Notes: generated from the letters alone by a model not told the origin. A stretch of 16,726 nucleotides of DNA from Candidatus Iainarchaeum sp. (GCA_043816965.1 JBDRHK010000071.1:1-16726); one strand, 5' to 3'. Positions 7,411 to 16,375 are shown, counted from the stretch's first letter. Program-made: numbers and translations.

Positions 7411-8384
7411 AGCCAGTTAACCTCAACCTGGTCAGTGCGGAACCTTTGGTTTGTCCTGGTTTCCGCCAGTTCCATTCTTTTTCCAGCTTTGAATTCAACT
7501 ATTCCCTGCCAGCCTATCATGGCACCATTGTCTGCCGCCACACTAAAAGGAGTAATCAAAAATTTAGCCTTCTGCCCCTTGCACATCTCACTTAACATTT
7601 TCTGCAGCGCTTTGGATGCAGCAACCCCCCCGGTGAGCAAAACCTCTTTTTTACCTGTGTGTGTCAGCGCCCTTTCCGTCACCTCTGTGAGCATCGCAAA
7701 AGCAGTGTGCATCAATGAATAAGCCAAATCATCCTCATTCTCTTTCCCAATCTTCAATTTTGCAGCAGTCAGCAAACCTGAAAAATTCAAGTCCATTCCC
7801 TTTACAGTGTAAGGGAGCTCAATATACTTTTTCCCCTTAAAATACATCTTATCAATCTTCGGGCCTGCAGGGAATCCAAGCCCCATTGCCCTCCCAAATG
7901 TGTCAAGCAAATTCCCTATTCCTGTATCTAAAGTTTCGCCAAAAACCCTATACTTGCCGCTTTCATAACCAATTATTTGCGTATTTGCCCCGGAAGCGTA
8001 AACAACCAAAGGGTCCTTGGCCCTGCATAATTTCTTCCCGATTTCAATATGCGCAACACAATGATTTACTCCCAAAAGCGGTTTCCCATGAATCAATGAA
8101 AGCGCCCTTGCGGCAGTTGCCCCTACTCCCAAACAAGGCCCCAAACCCGGCCCCAAAGAAAATGAAATTAAATCAATCTCCTTCCATTTTTTACCGCTTT
8201 TTTCAATCGCCGATTCTATTACTCCCCTAGCATTCTTCAAATGAAATTCCGCAGCATCCCCTGGTTTAATGCCACCGTCTTCCGTAACAAAAGACTTCTT
8301 CTCATTTGCGAGGATATCACATTTATCATCCACAATCCCTACTCCGAAGGTATGGGCTGTGCTTTCTATGGCAAAACAAATCAT
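7407..8384 (-). CDS. kae1: tRNA N6-threonylcarbamoyladenosine transferase Kae1 (stand-alone, no Bud32 fusion)
   Basis: IESTAHTFGVG, FSLGPGLGPCL, VNHCVAHIEIG, GETLDTGIGNLLD, LPYTVKGMDL, GGVAA, DNGAMIG, FRTDQVEVNW. Confidence 0.97.
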   Translation of the reverse strand: MICFAIESTAHTFGVGIVDDKCDILANEKKSFVTEDGGIKPGDAAEFHLKNARGVIESAIEKSGKKWKEIDLISFSLGPGLGPCLGVGATAARALSLIHGKPLLGVNHCVAHIEIGKKLCRAKDPLVVYASGANTQIIGYESGKYRVFGETLDTGIGNLLDTFGRAMGLGFPAGPKIDKMYFKGKKYIELPYTVKGMDLNFSGLLTAAKLKIGKENEDDLAYSLMHTAFAMLTEVTERALTHTGKKEVLLTGGVAASKALQKMLSEMCKGQKAKFLITPFSVAADNGAMIGWQGIVEFKAGKRMELAETRTNQRFRTDQVEVNWL

Positions 8385-8983
8385 TCCAGCACACCCAAAA
8401 TCTTTTTTTCCGAAATTTTTCCCTTCCTCAAAACAATTCCCTTCCCGACATCAAACAAAGTGGAGGCCTTCCTTTTCGGGAGCCTTCCTGCATCAATTAC
8501 CAAATCCACCTTTACATCAAATTTTTCAATTATTTTTTTAGCGGAATAATTTGCCGGTTCCGAGGAAAAATTTGCAGAAGTGGCGGTTATTGCAGCCCCC
8601 AATTCATTGCACATATCCCTTGCGAATTTATTTGCCGGAATCCTGAATGCAATGCCTTTTCTGCTCAAAGAATCAGGAACCGTTTTCTTTTTGGGCACAA
8701 CAAGTGTAAGCGGCCCTGGCATGAATTTCCTAATTAATTTTTTGGAATTCTTGCCCAGTTTGCAATATCTTACCGCCATTTTTTCATCAGAAACAATAAT
8801 TGAAATAGGCTTTCTGGCATCCCTTCCCTTGATTTTTTTAATTTTCCGAATTGCCTTGAATGATTTAACACTCCCCCCCATCCCATAGGATGTTTCTGTA
8901 GGGTAAATAATCACGCCATCATTTTTCAGAACCTGTGCTGCCTTTCTTGCGGCAACATTTCCAACTTTCAATATCTCAGTCAT
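8381..8983 (-). CDS. tsaC: Threonylcarbamoyl-AMP synthase, single-domain TsaC/YrdC (Sua5 family)
   Basis: IIYPTETSYG, KIKGRDARKPI, PGPLTLV, FRIP, TATSANFS. ATG 8983 overlaps the upstream stop (ATGA). About 200 aa, with no Sua5 C-terminal domain. Confidence 0.93.
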   Translation of the reverse strand: MTEILKVGNVAARKAAQVLKNDGVIIYPTETSYGMGGSVKSFKAIRKIKKIKGRDARKPISIIVSDEKMAVRYCKLGKNSKKLIRKFMPGPLTLVVPKKKTVPDSLSRKGIAFRIPANKFARDMCNELGAAITATSANFSSEPANYSAKKIIEKFDVKVDLVIDAGRLPKRKASTLFDVGKGIVLRKGKISEKKILGVLE

Positions 8984-9516
8984 GAAAGCACCAAAATAGC
9001 TATTATGAAACAATTATATAAAAAGTGTCCAATGTAATTCTGCAGCAGGGAATTATTTTTCTGGAACCACCATGCAAGTATAAGCCCGAGCAAAAACGCG
9101 CCAATAACCTCGGCCACAGAGCCATAAAGGGCATGCATCAGCCCAAATGCCAGTGATGACCATAAAATCCCGACTCTTTTTACCAAAAACCCGCGGAAGA
9201 AAACCTCTTCTGCAAAGACCCTCACAACCAATGCATAGACAATAAACAAAGGAATACTGCTTATCATAGTTTTAATCGAATCCTTAACAACAACCAAATC
9301 GTTGAGATTAAGCATGGAAAGTAAAATTGAAATTATGATTGATGAAACAAATAGCGCAACAAAAAGCAACAAGGATTCTGTTAAATCCTTCAAGAATCTG
9401 TTTGGTTTAAGCCCCAATTCCCCTTTGGCGCTAAGTTTTTGCCAGATGAAAAACAAAAGTGGCAAACCTATGAGAAGGGCATCAAATGCCATCTCAATTA
9501 GGAATGCATTAATCAC
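8980..9516 (-). CDS. CPBP/Abi (type II CAAX) intramembrane glutamic protease
   Basis: AEEVFFRG, FGLMH and GHFLYN motifs in a multi-TM protein. Start is GTG 9516 or ATG 9492; the track start at 9597 overlaps rps27ae. Confidence 0.88.
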   Translation of the reverse strand: MINAFLIEMAFDALLIGLPLLFFIWQKLSAKGELGLKPNRFLKDLTESLLLFVALFVSSIIISILLSMLNLNDLVVVKDSIKTMISSIPLFIVYALVVRVFAEEVFFRGFLVKRVGILWSSLAFGLMHALYGSVAEVIGAFLLGLILAWWFQKNNSLLQNYIGHFLYNCFIIAILVLS

Positions 9517-9523
9517 TGGAATC

Positions 9524-9712
9524 CTACTTCCATTCAGAGTATTTGCAATTGCCGCAGCTGGACCTGTCCTTATGATTCGCCATAAAAACCCCGGCACCGC
9601 ATTTTGGGCAGGATTTCCTGTTCCTTTTCAGCCCTTCACCGCTTGCTTCATAATAGCTGCCTTTGCCCTTTTTGGCTCTCTTCTTTTTTTCCTGCTTCAC
9701 TTTCTCCGCCAT
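9524..9712 (-). CDS. rps27ae: 30S ribosomal protein S27ae
   Basis: CPKCGAGVFMANHKDRSSCGNCKYSE; SD AGGTGA. Confidence 0.96.
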   Translation of the reverse strand: MAEKVKQEKKKRAKKGKGSYYEASGEGLKRNRKSCPKCGAGVFMANHKDRSSCGNCKYSEWK

Positions 9713-9721
9713 CTAAATCAC

Positions 9722-10042
9722 CTATTCCTTTTTCTCCTCTTCTTTGGCATTCCCATCTTTCTTTTTTACGCCCAGATTCCTTTTAACAATGAACTTTGCC
9801 TCCACTGAATCCATCTTCTCCTTGGATTCATAAATCCTGGCTTTGCAGCTTAACTTCTTTGAGCCAAAGTGGTGCTCAATTTTGCCGACCATAACCAGTT
9901 CCTCATTTGCACCGGCCAGTGCGGCTATCTTTTTCCTCAAATCTTTTCTGGAGGGGGTTTCTTTGGTTTCCTCTACTGCAAGAAGCAGTTCCTCCCTTCC
10001 AAGAAGGGGGTTCTTAGTCCTTTCGCTTATCTCTACATCCAT
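9722..10042 (-). CDS. rps24e: 30S ribosomal protein S24e
   Basis: KNPLLGREE, TPSRKDLRKKIAA, ARIYES; SD AGGTGA. Confidence 0.95.
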   Translation of the reverse strand: MDVEISERTKNPLLGREELLLAVEETKETPSRKDLRKKIAALAGANEELVMVGKIEHHFGSKKLSCKARIYESKEKMDSVEAKFIVKRNLGVKKKDGNAKEEEKKE

Positions 10043-10050
10043 TCAATCAC

Positions 10051-10245
10051 CTATCTGCTCAGCCTTAGCGCATATTTTCCAATAGTGCTAATACCCATCT
10101 TTACTGCAATTTCTGATTTTTCAGGGTCAATTATTTTAACATAACCTCTCCAAAAAGTTGTAAAATGGGCACTTCCGCAAACAGGGCACTTATCCCCTGT
10201 TTCAATTACCTTCCTGCACTGCCTGCATGCTTTTTCCTGAGTCAT
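10051..10245 (-). CDS. spt4: Transcription elongation factor Spt4 (RpoE'')
   Basis: KACRQC...CPVCGS...WRGYVKIIDPEKSEIA...GKYAL. Confidence 0.96.
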   Translation of the reverse strand: MTQEKACRQCRKVIETGDKCPVCGSAHFTTFWRGYVKIIDPEKSEIAVKMGISTIGKYALRLSR

Positions 10246-10856
10246 TTCTTATCCTCCTCTTTTTCCGCTTTCTTCTCTGACCTGGCGACCCTTTCCTTCT
10301 CCTTGCCCTTCTTTGTTTTTGCGTCAATCTGTTCCCAGCCGTCTTTTCCTAATCCTTCCTGGCGCATTGTAAGGCCTATCTTTGATGAGGAAACATTGCC
10401 CTTGAGGCTTATTGTAACAATCCTCGCAAGCACATGGTCACCCAAAATTAGTTTCTTGTTGGTTTCCTTGCCGATAAACCCTGGCAGTTTCGCATCATAG
10501 TTGATATAATCGTCCATTATCTGCGAAACATGGATCAAACATTCAATCGGCCCTGTCCTTATGAAAGCCCCGAATTCAGTGACTTCAGAGACAAATCCCT
10601 CAACTACCTCATGCATTTCAGGCTTGTATATCAGCATTTTGAGGTCGGCATCATAATAAACCGCACCATCGCCGGGAATAACCTTTCCCTCGCCTACATT
10701 CTCAACTTCGGTCGTTGCAACTACAACCCCCAAATCCTCGTCAAGCAGCCCGTCATATTCATTCCGGGCAATTCCCAATATTGTTTTCTTCAAATCTCCG
10801 CCCAGTTCATTGGGTGGAACCCTCATAGTGTCATGAATGCTGTAGATTGTGTACAT
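10242..10856 (-). CDS. rpoE1: DNA-directed RNA polymerase subunit E' (Rpo7)
   Basis: RVPP, GEGKVIPGDGAVY, S1 domain EFGAFIRTGPIECLIHVSQIMDD, KIGLTMRQEGLGK. Confidence 0.97.
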   Translation of the reverse strand: MYTIYSIHDTMRVPPNELGGDLKKTILGIARNEYDGLLDEDLGVVVATTEVENVGEGKVIPGDGAVYYDADLKMLIYKPEMHEVVEGFVSEVTEFGAFIRTGPIECLIHVSQIMDDYINYDAKLPGFIGKETNKKLILGDHVLARIVTISLKGNVSSSKIGLTMRQEGLGKDGWEQIDAKTKKGKEKERVARSEKKAEKEEDKK

Positions 10857-10869
10857 TTTATCACTCCTA

Positions 10870-11253
10870 TCACATTATTTCCAGAAATTTCTTCTGCCTT
10901 AAAAAAATAATCTTCCCGCCAATTTCCCTGATCCTTGCCTTTAATTTGGCATCATTGGTTGCAATAATTGCCCCCTTTCCGGCCAACTCAACCAATGCAT
11001 CATCAGTTCCTTTAACTGAAGTAACAACTTCCAAAACATTCTCCTTTTCCATAAGTTCCTTAGCAATTTTTACCGAGGATAGGTTTTTCTTTCCTTCCTT
11101 TGCAAGACCATCCAACTCCCTCATCACCTGCTTTGGAACAATAAACTCAACATTTCCCATTTCCCCTTTCACCTCATTGAAAAAATCAATGCCAAATTGA
11201 TTTATTGCCATAAGCATATTTGTATCCACCGCGACTTTATTTGCATACTCCAT
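10870..11253 (-). CDS. PIN-domain protein (Fcf1/Utp24-like)
   Basis: VDTNMLM, VPKQVMRELD, TDDALV, IIATNDAKLK; usual position between eif2g and rpoE1. Confidence 0.9.
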   Translation of the reverse strand: MEYANKVAVDTNMLMAINQFGIDFFNEVKGEMGNVEFIVPKQVMRELDGLAKEGKKNLSSVKIAKELMEKENVLEVVTSVKGTDDALVELAGKGAIIATNDAKLKARIREIGGKIIFLRQKKFLEIM

Positions 11254-12445
11254 AAGCTGTCAGCCTCCAGCTTGTCCCGTCTCTTTTGCTTACCGCAACC
11301 TTTTGCCCCTTCCTGATTACGACCGCATTCTTCAGCAGTACCTCATAATCCTTTTCCCCTGCCTTTTTTACAATATTTCCCACAGCAGTTGTTGCTCCAA
11401 CAGCCAAAACAATTAAATCATTGACCTTAATTTCGAGCGGATTCTTGCTAACCAGCCTTTTAAAGGGGTGCAGCTCAAGTGTAAGGTTTTTTGTTGCGGC
11501 AGGGAGCTTTCCAGGCCTCCCGATAATCTGCCCCCTCATTTGGTCGTTTCTTGTAAGGTTAGGGTCCAGCATTGTCCCCACCGCGATCAGGCCTCCGGAA
11601 TGCGCCTCATTAAGAGTTCCGGTGGAAACACCCAAGTCAACAGATTTTGTCACAATTTTCTTTTCATCAGGCCCTGGGGCAATCTCTATCTCCTCGCCCT
11701 TCTTTAAACTTCCCTCAATAATGCTCCCGCCAAGAACCCCTCCCTTCATCTCACTGGGTTTTGTCCCTGGCTTGTTCACATCAAAAGAACGAATCACATA
11801 CATTAAGAGCTCCTTTTTGGGGTCTCTCTCCTTGGAAGGAATATTTTCCTGTATTGCCTCTGTCAGCAAATCAATGTTGACCTTGAAATTTGCAGAAATA
11901 GGAATTACCGGCGCATTTTCATAACCATGCTCTTTCAGGAAACCTTTTATCTGCTTGTAGTTCTTCATTGCATTTTCCCTGTCAACTAGGTCAACCTTAT
12001 TCTGCACGGCGATAACATTCTTTACCCCCAAAATGCTCAGCGCCATCAGGTGTTCGGCCGTCCTTGGCTGTGGAACAGGTTCATTGGCAGCTATTACGAG
12101 AATGGCTCCTTGCATTAGTGCAGCACCGCTTAGCATTGTTGCCATAAGGGTCTCATGGCCAGGGGCATCAACAAAACTCACCACTCTCTGCAGTTTACCT
12201 TTACCGCCGCAGATAGGGCATTTTTCATTGCTGCCGTATGCCTCCGCTCCCTTGCATTTGTCGCATTTGTAGAACCCGGCATCGGCATAGCCAAGCCTGA
12301 TGGAGATCCCCCTTTTCAGCTCCTCTGAGTGGGTATCGGTCCACTTTCCTGTAAGGGCTTCTGCCAAAGAGGTCTTGCCATGGTCGACATGCCCAATCAG
12401 GCCGATGTTTACCTCTGCCTGGACTGCGGATTCTTTTTTAGACAT
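11237..12445 (-). CDS. eif2g: Translation initiation factor 2 gamma subunit
   Basis: GHVDHGKT, DTHSEELKRGISIRLGYAD, zinc knuckle CDKC/CPIC, DAPGHETLMATMLSGA, QNKVD, RSFDVNKPG. Confidence 0.98.
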   Translation of the reverse strand: MSKKESAVQAEVNIGLIGHVDHGKTSLAEALTGKWTDTHSEELKRGISIRLGYADAGFYKCDKCKGAEAYGSNEKCPICGGKGKLQRVVSFVDAPGHETLMATMLSGAALMQGAILVIAANEPVPQPRTAEHLMALSILGVKNVIAVQNKVDLVDRENAMKNYKQIKGFLKEHGYENAPVIPISANFKVNIDLLTEAIQENIPSKERDPKKELLMYVIRSFDVNKPGTKPSEMKGGVLGGSIIEGSLKKGEEIEIAPGPDEKKIVTKSVDLGVSTGTLNEAHSGGLIAVGTMLDPNLTRNDQMRGQIIGRPGKLPAATKNLTLELHPFKRLVSKNPLEIKVNDLIVLAVGATTAVGNIVKKAGEKDYEVLLKNAVVIRKGQKVAVSKRDGTSWRLTAYGVCK

Positions 12446-12446
12446 A

Positions 12447-12905
12447 TTACCTTCCTTTTGGTTTCTCCTTTAATTCTTCCTGCCCCTCAGCAATCTTTAA
12501 GGACTGTTCAATTGCAAGTTCTTTGGCAGTTTTCTTCTCTTCCTTGACTTCCCCTTCCTTTGGGAGAAGCTCCTCAAGTGTTTTGGTGCCATGCTTTGTA
12601 ACAGTAAGATTCAGCTGGCTTGTTTCCTCTGAAACAGTATTGCCTCTCTTGCTAATCCTTATCTTTGTCCCGCTTTTTTTATCTTTCAGGACAAAAATCT
12701 TTTGCCTGGCCGCCCCTTTCAAATCCTTCTTCATTGGAAAGCCCTGCTTGTCGCTCCCGCCTGAAATTTTTGCCTCATATCCTCCTAAACCAATCTCTCC
12801 CAACTCAACATTTTCCCCAATTCTCTTGTTTGCAAAAGCTGCTGAGGAATCAATTTTTTTCGAATAGGCCTTTCCTGTTTTAGGGTCTGAAATAACAATG
12901 TTCAT
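12447..12905 (-). CDS. rps6e: 30S ribosomal protein S6e
   Basis: IVISDPKTGK, ISGGSDKQGFPM, RGNTVSEETSQLNL; SD AGGAGGT upstream of ATG 12905. Confidence 0.95.
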   Translation of the reverse strand: MNIVISDPKTGKAYSKKIDSSAAFANKRIGENVELGEIGLGGYEAKISGGSDKQGFPMKKDLKGAARQKIFVLKDKKSGTKIRISKRGNTVSEETSQLNLTVTKHGTKTLEELLPKEGEVKEEKKTAKELAIEQSLKIAEGQEELKEKPKGR

Positions 12906-12915
12906 CAAATACCTC

Positions 12916-14670
12916 CTATGCTATCAGTTCCTTATCCTTCTCAATTTTCTTAATTTCCTCCATCAAAGACAGTTCTTTATCACTTAAGGAATCTTCCAGT
13001 TCCTTGATTTTATCAAACTGCTTTTTTGGAATAAATGAAATAAGCTCATCCTTCTCATTTATGTTCCTGCCGACCATGGCTATGCCTGAAATTGACACAG
13101 CAACCTCCTCCCCCTCCTTTGCTTCGGAAAGATTCTTTCCTGCAGACTGTATTGCATGCACCCTTCCGATAATTTTACCATCCTTCATGATCTCAATATT
13201 TGTCCTCAATTTTCCGACCAAAACCCTGACCCCCACAACTGCAGGCTTGGTGTTCCTGAAAATAAACCCCGGAATTATCTTAATCTTCACAGGCATTATG
13301 ACCTTTTCCATTGCTTCTTGTTTTTTCTTGTTCTTCTCTTCCTCTACCCATTTGTCATAATCCTCAAGAAGCTTGTAGATTATATTGCCCTCCAAAATTT
13401 TGACATCGCCCTTCTTGGCCTCATCCAGGGCATCATCTGTGGCCTTTGTGTGGAACGCAAATCCAACTGCCCTGAATTGGTCCTTTTCTTTTACAGACTC
13501 AAGTTCCATTATGTCCCTCCTTGTAAGATCCCCTATATCTGCCTTCTTGACCTTTATTCCACGCTCGGCAAGCAGTTTTACAAACGCCTCCAATGAGCCC
13601 AATGTATCTGCCCTGACCACTGGCCCAATGGCGTCTGATTCAATCTTCACACTCTGCATCTCCTCAAGAATTTCCTTCTCATCATTGTCCCCTCCAACAA
13701 CCCTAACTGGCGAGCCTGCTATTGCGTCATCCAGCATAGGCGCGGCAATCTTGACACCTGCGGCAGCATGTATTTCCTTTATGCTTTTGAATTTTTCCTG
13801 GGGGTTTCTGATTTCATCCAGTGCCCTGGGTTCAAGGAGGGCCCTTATTTTCGTAACTATTGTGCCATTCCGCCCCCCGACAATTATCTCCTCACCAACC
13901 TTAATAGTTCCGTCATAAACAATAACATCTATTGTTGTGCCCAGGCCTTTCTCCTCTTTAACCTCGAGAATTGTTCCTTTTCCCCTTCCCTTAACATGAA
14001 TGCTGAGTTTCTTCTCCAGATATTTCTGGCTCAGCCCAGCCAGAAAAACCAGCACCTCTGGAATTCCCTCGCCGAATTTTGCGCAGGTCGGGATTATCGG
14101 AATTTCCTTGGTAAAGTCACTGCATCTGTCAAACCTTTCGCTTGAAAATCCTTTTGAATGCAATTGCCCCACCAATTCGTAAATTTTTTTGTCCAGCTCA
14201 TCCTTTGCCTTTTGCGGCTGCCTTTCAATATTGTCGCTGAAAGGCCCCTTTTCAGTCTGCCATCCGAAAATTCGGTCAATCTTGTTTGCGGCAATTATGA
14301 ACGGGGTTTTGTAACTTTTAAGTATCTCAATTGCCTCAATAGTCTGGTTCTGCAGCCCCTTATGGATATCAACCACAACAACCGCCAAATCGGCAATGCT
14401 CCCCCCCCTCTTTCTCAGGTTGGTGAATGCCTCATGGCCGGGAGTGTCAATGAAAAGCAATCCAGGAATTGTGATATTGAACCCGAATTTATGTATAAGA
14501 TTTCCCGCAATTCCCTCAATAAGGCTCATAGGAACTTCGGTGGCGCCTATGTGCTGCGTAATTCCCCCAGCTTCCTTTTCGCTGACAGAGGTTCCGCGGA
14601 TTGTGTCAAGCAGCCTTGTCTTTCCTGCATCAACATGGCCCATTACTGTGATTATCGGCGTCCTTATCAT
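12916..14670 (-). CDS. infB: Translation initiation factor aIF5B (IF-2)
   Basis: RTPIITVMGHVDAGKT, EAGGITQHIGA, FIDTPGHEAFTNLRKRGGSIADLA, ANKID, DTLGSLEA. ATG 14670 follows SD AGGTGA. No intein. Confidence 0.98.
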   Translation of the reverse strand: MIRTPIITVMGHVDAGKTRLLDTIRGTSVSEKEAGGITQHIGATEVPMSLIEGIAGNLIHKFGFNITIPGLLFIDTPGHEAFTNLRKRGGSIADLAVVVVDIHKGLQNQTIEAIEILKSYKTPFIIAANKIDRIFGWQTEKGPFSDNIERQPQKAKDELDKKIYELVGQLHSKGFSSERFDRCSDFTKEIPIIPTCAKFGEGIPEVLVFLAGLSQKYLEKKLSIHVKGRGKGTILEVKEEKGLGTTIDVIVYDGTIKVGEEIIVGGRNGTIVTKIRALLEPRALDEIRNPQEKFKSIKEIHAAAGVKIAAPMLDDAIAGSPVRVVGGDNDEKEILEEMQSVKIESDAIGPVVRADTLGSLEAFVKLLAERGIKVKKADIGDLTRRDIMELESVKEKDQFRAVGFAFHTKATDDALDEAKKGDVKILEGNIIYKLLEDYDKWVEEEKNKKKQEAMEKVIMPVKIKIIPGFIFRNTKPAVVGVRVLVGKLRTNIEIMKDGKIIGRVHAIQSAGKNLSEAKEGEEVAVSISGIAMVGRNINEKDELISFIPKKQFDKIKELEDSLSDKELSLMEEIKKIEKDKELIA

Positions 14671-14679
14671 TTCACTCAC

Positions 14680-15111
14680 CTATTGCAATCCTGTGCTGCC
14701 AAATCCCCCGTCATTCCTGCTTGTTTCATCCAATTCTTCAACTTCTTCCAGTTCTGCTTCCTCAACCTTTGCAAAAACCATTTGCGCAATCTTCTGCCCT
14801 TTCTTAATGCCAAAAGCCCTGTCACTGAGATTCACAAGTATCACTTTTACCTCTCCCCTGTAGCCTGCATCTATTGTTCCAGGGGTGTTAAGAACTGTAA
14901 TACCCTCCTTTATCGCAAGCCCGCTCTTAGGCCTTACCTGTGCCTCATAGCCATTTTCAAGTGCAATCTTTATCCCTGTTCCGACTAATTTCCTTTCGCC
15001 AGGCAGCAGCTCTGTTTCTTCAACTGAGTAGAGGTCCATTCCGGCATCCCCTGGATGAGCATATGAAGGCAGTATCGCCTCCCCGCTAATTTTACTTATC
15101 TTTACTTTCAA
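14680..15111 (-). CDS. dut: Trimeric dUTP diphosphatase (bacterial-like)
   Basis: [46 protein letters not shown]. Likely start is TTG 15111 after AGGAGAAAGGA, overlapping the ndk 3' end; start uncertain. Confidence 0.95.
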   Translation of the reverse strand: MKVKISKISGEAILPSYAHPGDAGMDLYSVEETELLPGERKLVGTGIKIALENGYEAQVRPKSGLAIKEGITVLNTPGTIDAGYRGEVKVILVNLSDRAFGIKKGQKIAQMVFAKVEEAELEEVEELDETSRNDGGFGSTGLQ

Positions 15112-15577
15112 GATATCCTTTCTCCTTTTTCGCATATACCCAGTCAAAGTCCATTTTCTGATAGGAATGTATCTCATTCTTCTCGAAAAACCTCTCGATT
15201 TCCTCTTCAGCAACATCTACATTTTCTGATGCATGGATTAAATTTGCCTGGTTTGACACCGAGAAATCCCCTCTTATTGTGCCAGGTTCAGCTTCTCTTC
15301 CCAGAGTTGAACCAATCATTTTCCTCACAACAGCACATACTTCCTTCCCCTCAACAACAACAAGGATTGACGGGATTGAGGTCATGAACTTAATCAGTTC
15401 CTCATAGAAATCCTTCTCCTTGTGGTGGGCATAGTGCTCCTTGAGCTTGTATGGATTAAGCTTCTCCATCTTAATTGCGATTATTTTCAATCCCTTGTCC
15501 TCAAACCTTGCCAGCATCCTCCCTGCAAGGCCCCTATTTACCGCATCTGGCTTGAAAATTATCAATGATCTCTGCAT
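15092..15577 (-). CDS. ndk: Nucleoside diphosphate kinase
   Basis: [32 protein letters not shown] (catalytic His). Confidence 0.97.
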   Translation of the reverse strand: MQRSLIIFKPDAVNRGLAGRMLARFEDKGLKIIAIKMEKLNPYKLKEHYAHHKEKDFYEELIKFMTSIPSILVVVEGKEVCAVVRKMIGSTLGREAEPGTIRGDFSVSNQANLIHASENVDVAEEEIERFFEKNEIHSYQKMDFDWVYAKKEKGYLESKDK

Positions 15578-15589
15578 TATTTACACCCC

Positions 15590-15781
15590 CTATTTTTTGC
15601 TCTGCTCCTTAAGGTCATGGTGGATTTTGGTCCATTTGGTTTTCCTGCTCGAGCGCTTGAGCTTTAACTGGTTTTTCTCGCACTTGCTGGAGCAAAAATG
15701 GTAAGTGGTTCCGTCCTTCTTGCCATAGATTTTTCCTGTGCCTTTTGATATGTCCTCTCCGCAAAAACTGCATTTCACCAT
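15590..15781 (-). CDS. rpl24e: 50S ribosomal protein L24e
   Basis: KCSFCG...GTG...DGT..FCSSKCEKN...KWT; ATG 15781. Confidence 0.96.
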   Translation of the reverse strand: MVKCSFCGEDISKGTGKIYGKKDGTTYHFCSSKCEKNQLKLKRSSRKTKWTKIHHDLKEQSKK

Positions 15782-15786
15782 TGTAA

Positions 15787-15993
15787 TCACTTCACCTTAA
15801 TCTCTTTTGCTTCCCTTTCGGTGCTGAGAAGAATTATCACATCGCCTTTCTTGACGTTTCCCTTGACATTCCTTCTCTTCACCCTTCCCTGTTCCGGCCC
15901 TTCGAGAATCTTGCACAGAACCTGTATAATTTCCCCGTAAACGCCGGTTCTCTGGACGATTTCAACAACCTCTGCCGGAGTTCCCTTATCCAT
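15787..15993 (-). CDS. rps28e: 30S ribosomal protein S28e
   Basis: [36 protein letters not shown]...L.TEREA. Confidence 0.96.
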   Translation of the reverse strand: MDKGTPAEVVEIVQRTGVYGEIIQVLCKILEGPEQGRVKRRNVKGNVKKGDVIILLSTEREAKEIKVK

Positions 15994-16003
15994 CCAATCA
16001 CCA

Positions 16004-16369
16004 TCACTTCTTAAGCTCCGCCAGCTTTTTGCTCAAATCATCAAGATCTTTCTTTGCATCCCCTTCATCAATTACGGCCAAAGCAGCGGTTCCTATTTCA
16101 ATCCCTGCTCCCTGGCCCAATTCCTTTTTTGTGGAAAAATATGAATATGGGATGTTTTTCTCATTGCAGATAAGGGGCAGATGCATAACTATTTCAGGCG
16201 GGCTAACATCCTCAGCTATGAAGATAATTTTAGCTGTGCCTCTCTCCGCTGCCTTGGTCGCCTCATTTGCGCCAATCCTTATCTTTCCTGATTTCTTTGC
16301 CTTTGCGAGCAAATCCATTTGTTTCTTCTTTAGCTCGTCAGGCACACTGAATTTGACAAATTCTGCCAT
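16004..16369 (-). CDS. rpl7ae: 50S ribosomal protein L7Ae
   Basis: [59 protein letters not shown]. Confidence 0.98.
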   Translation of the reverse strand: MAEFVKFSVPDELKKKQMDLLAKAKKSGKIRIGANEATKAAERGTAKIIFIAEDVSPPEIVMHLPLICNEKNIPYSYFSTKKELGQGAGIEIGTAALAVIDEGDAKKDLDDLSKKLAELKK

Positions 16370-16375
16370 TTAAAG

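Noticed and set aside
9517..9597. N-terminal extension of the CAAX protease
   Set aside because: It overlaps rps27ae in another frame; downstream GTG/ATG starts are more plausible.
12916..14670. Possible intein in aIF5B, a known intein host
   Set aside because: Normal length with contiguous GTPase motifs; no insertion is seen.
13004..14988. Several plus-strand ORFs of 60-276 aa opposite infB and dut
   Set aside because: Antisense shadows of well-conserved genes with no recognisable motifs.
15112..15216. N-terminal extension of dUTPase in the ORF track
   Set aside because: It lies inside ndk; dUTPase-like sequence begins at about TTG 15111, which has an SD-like motif upstream.
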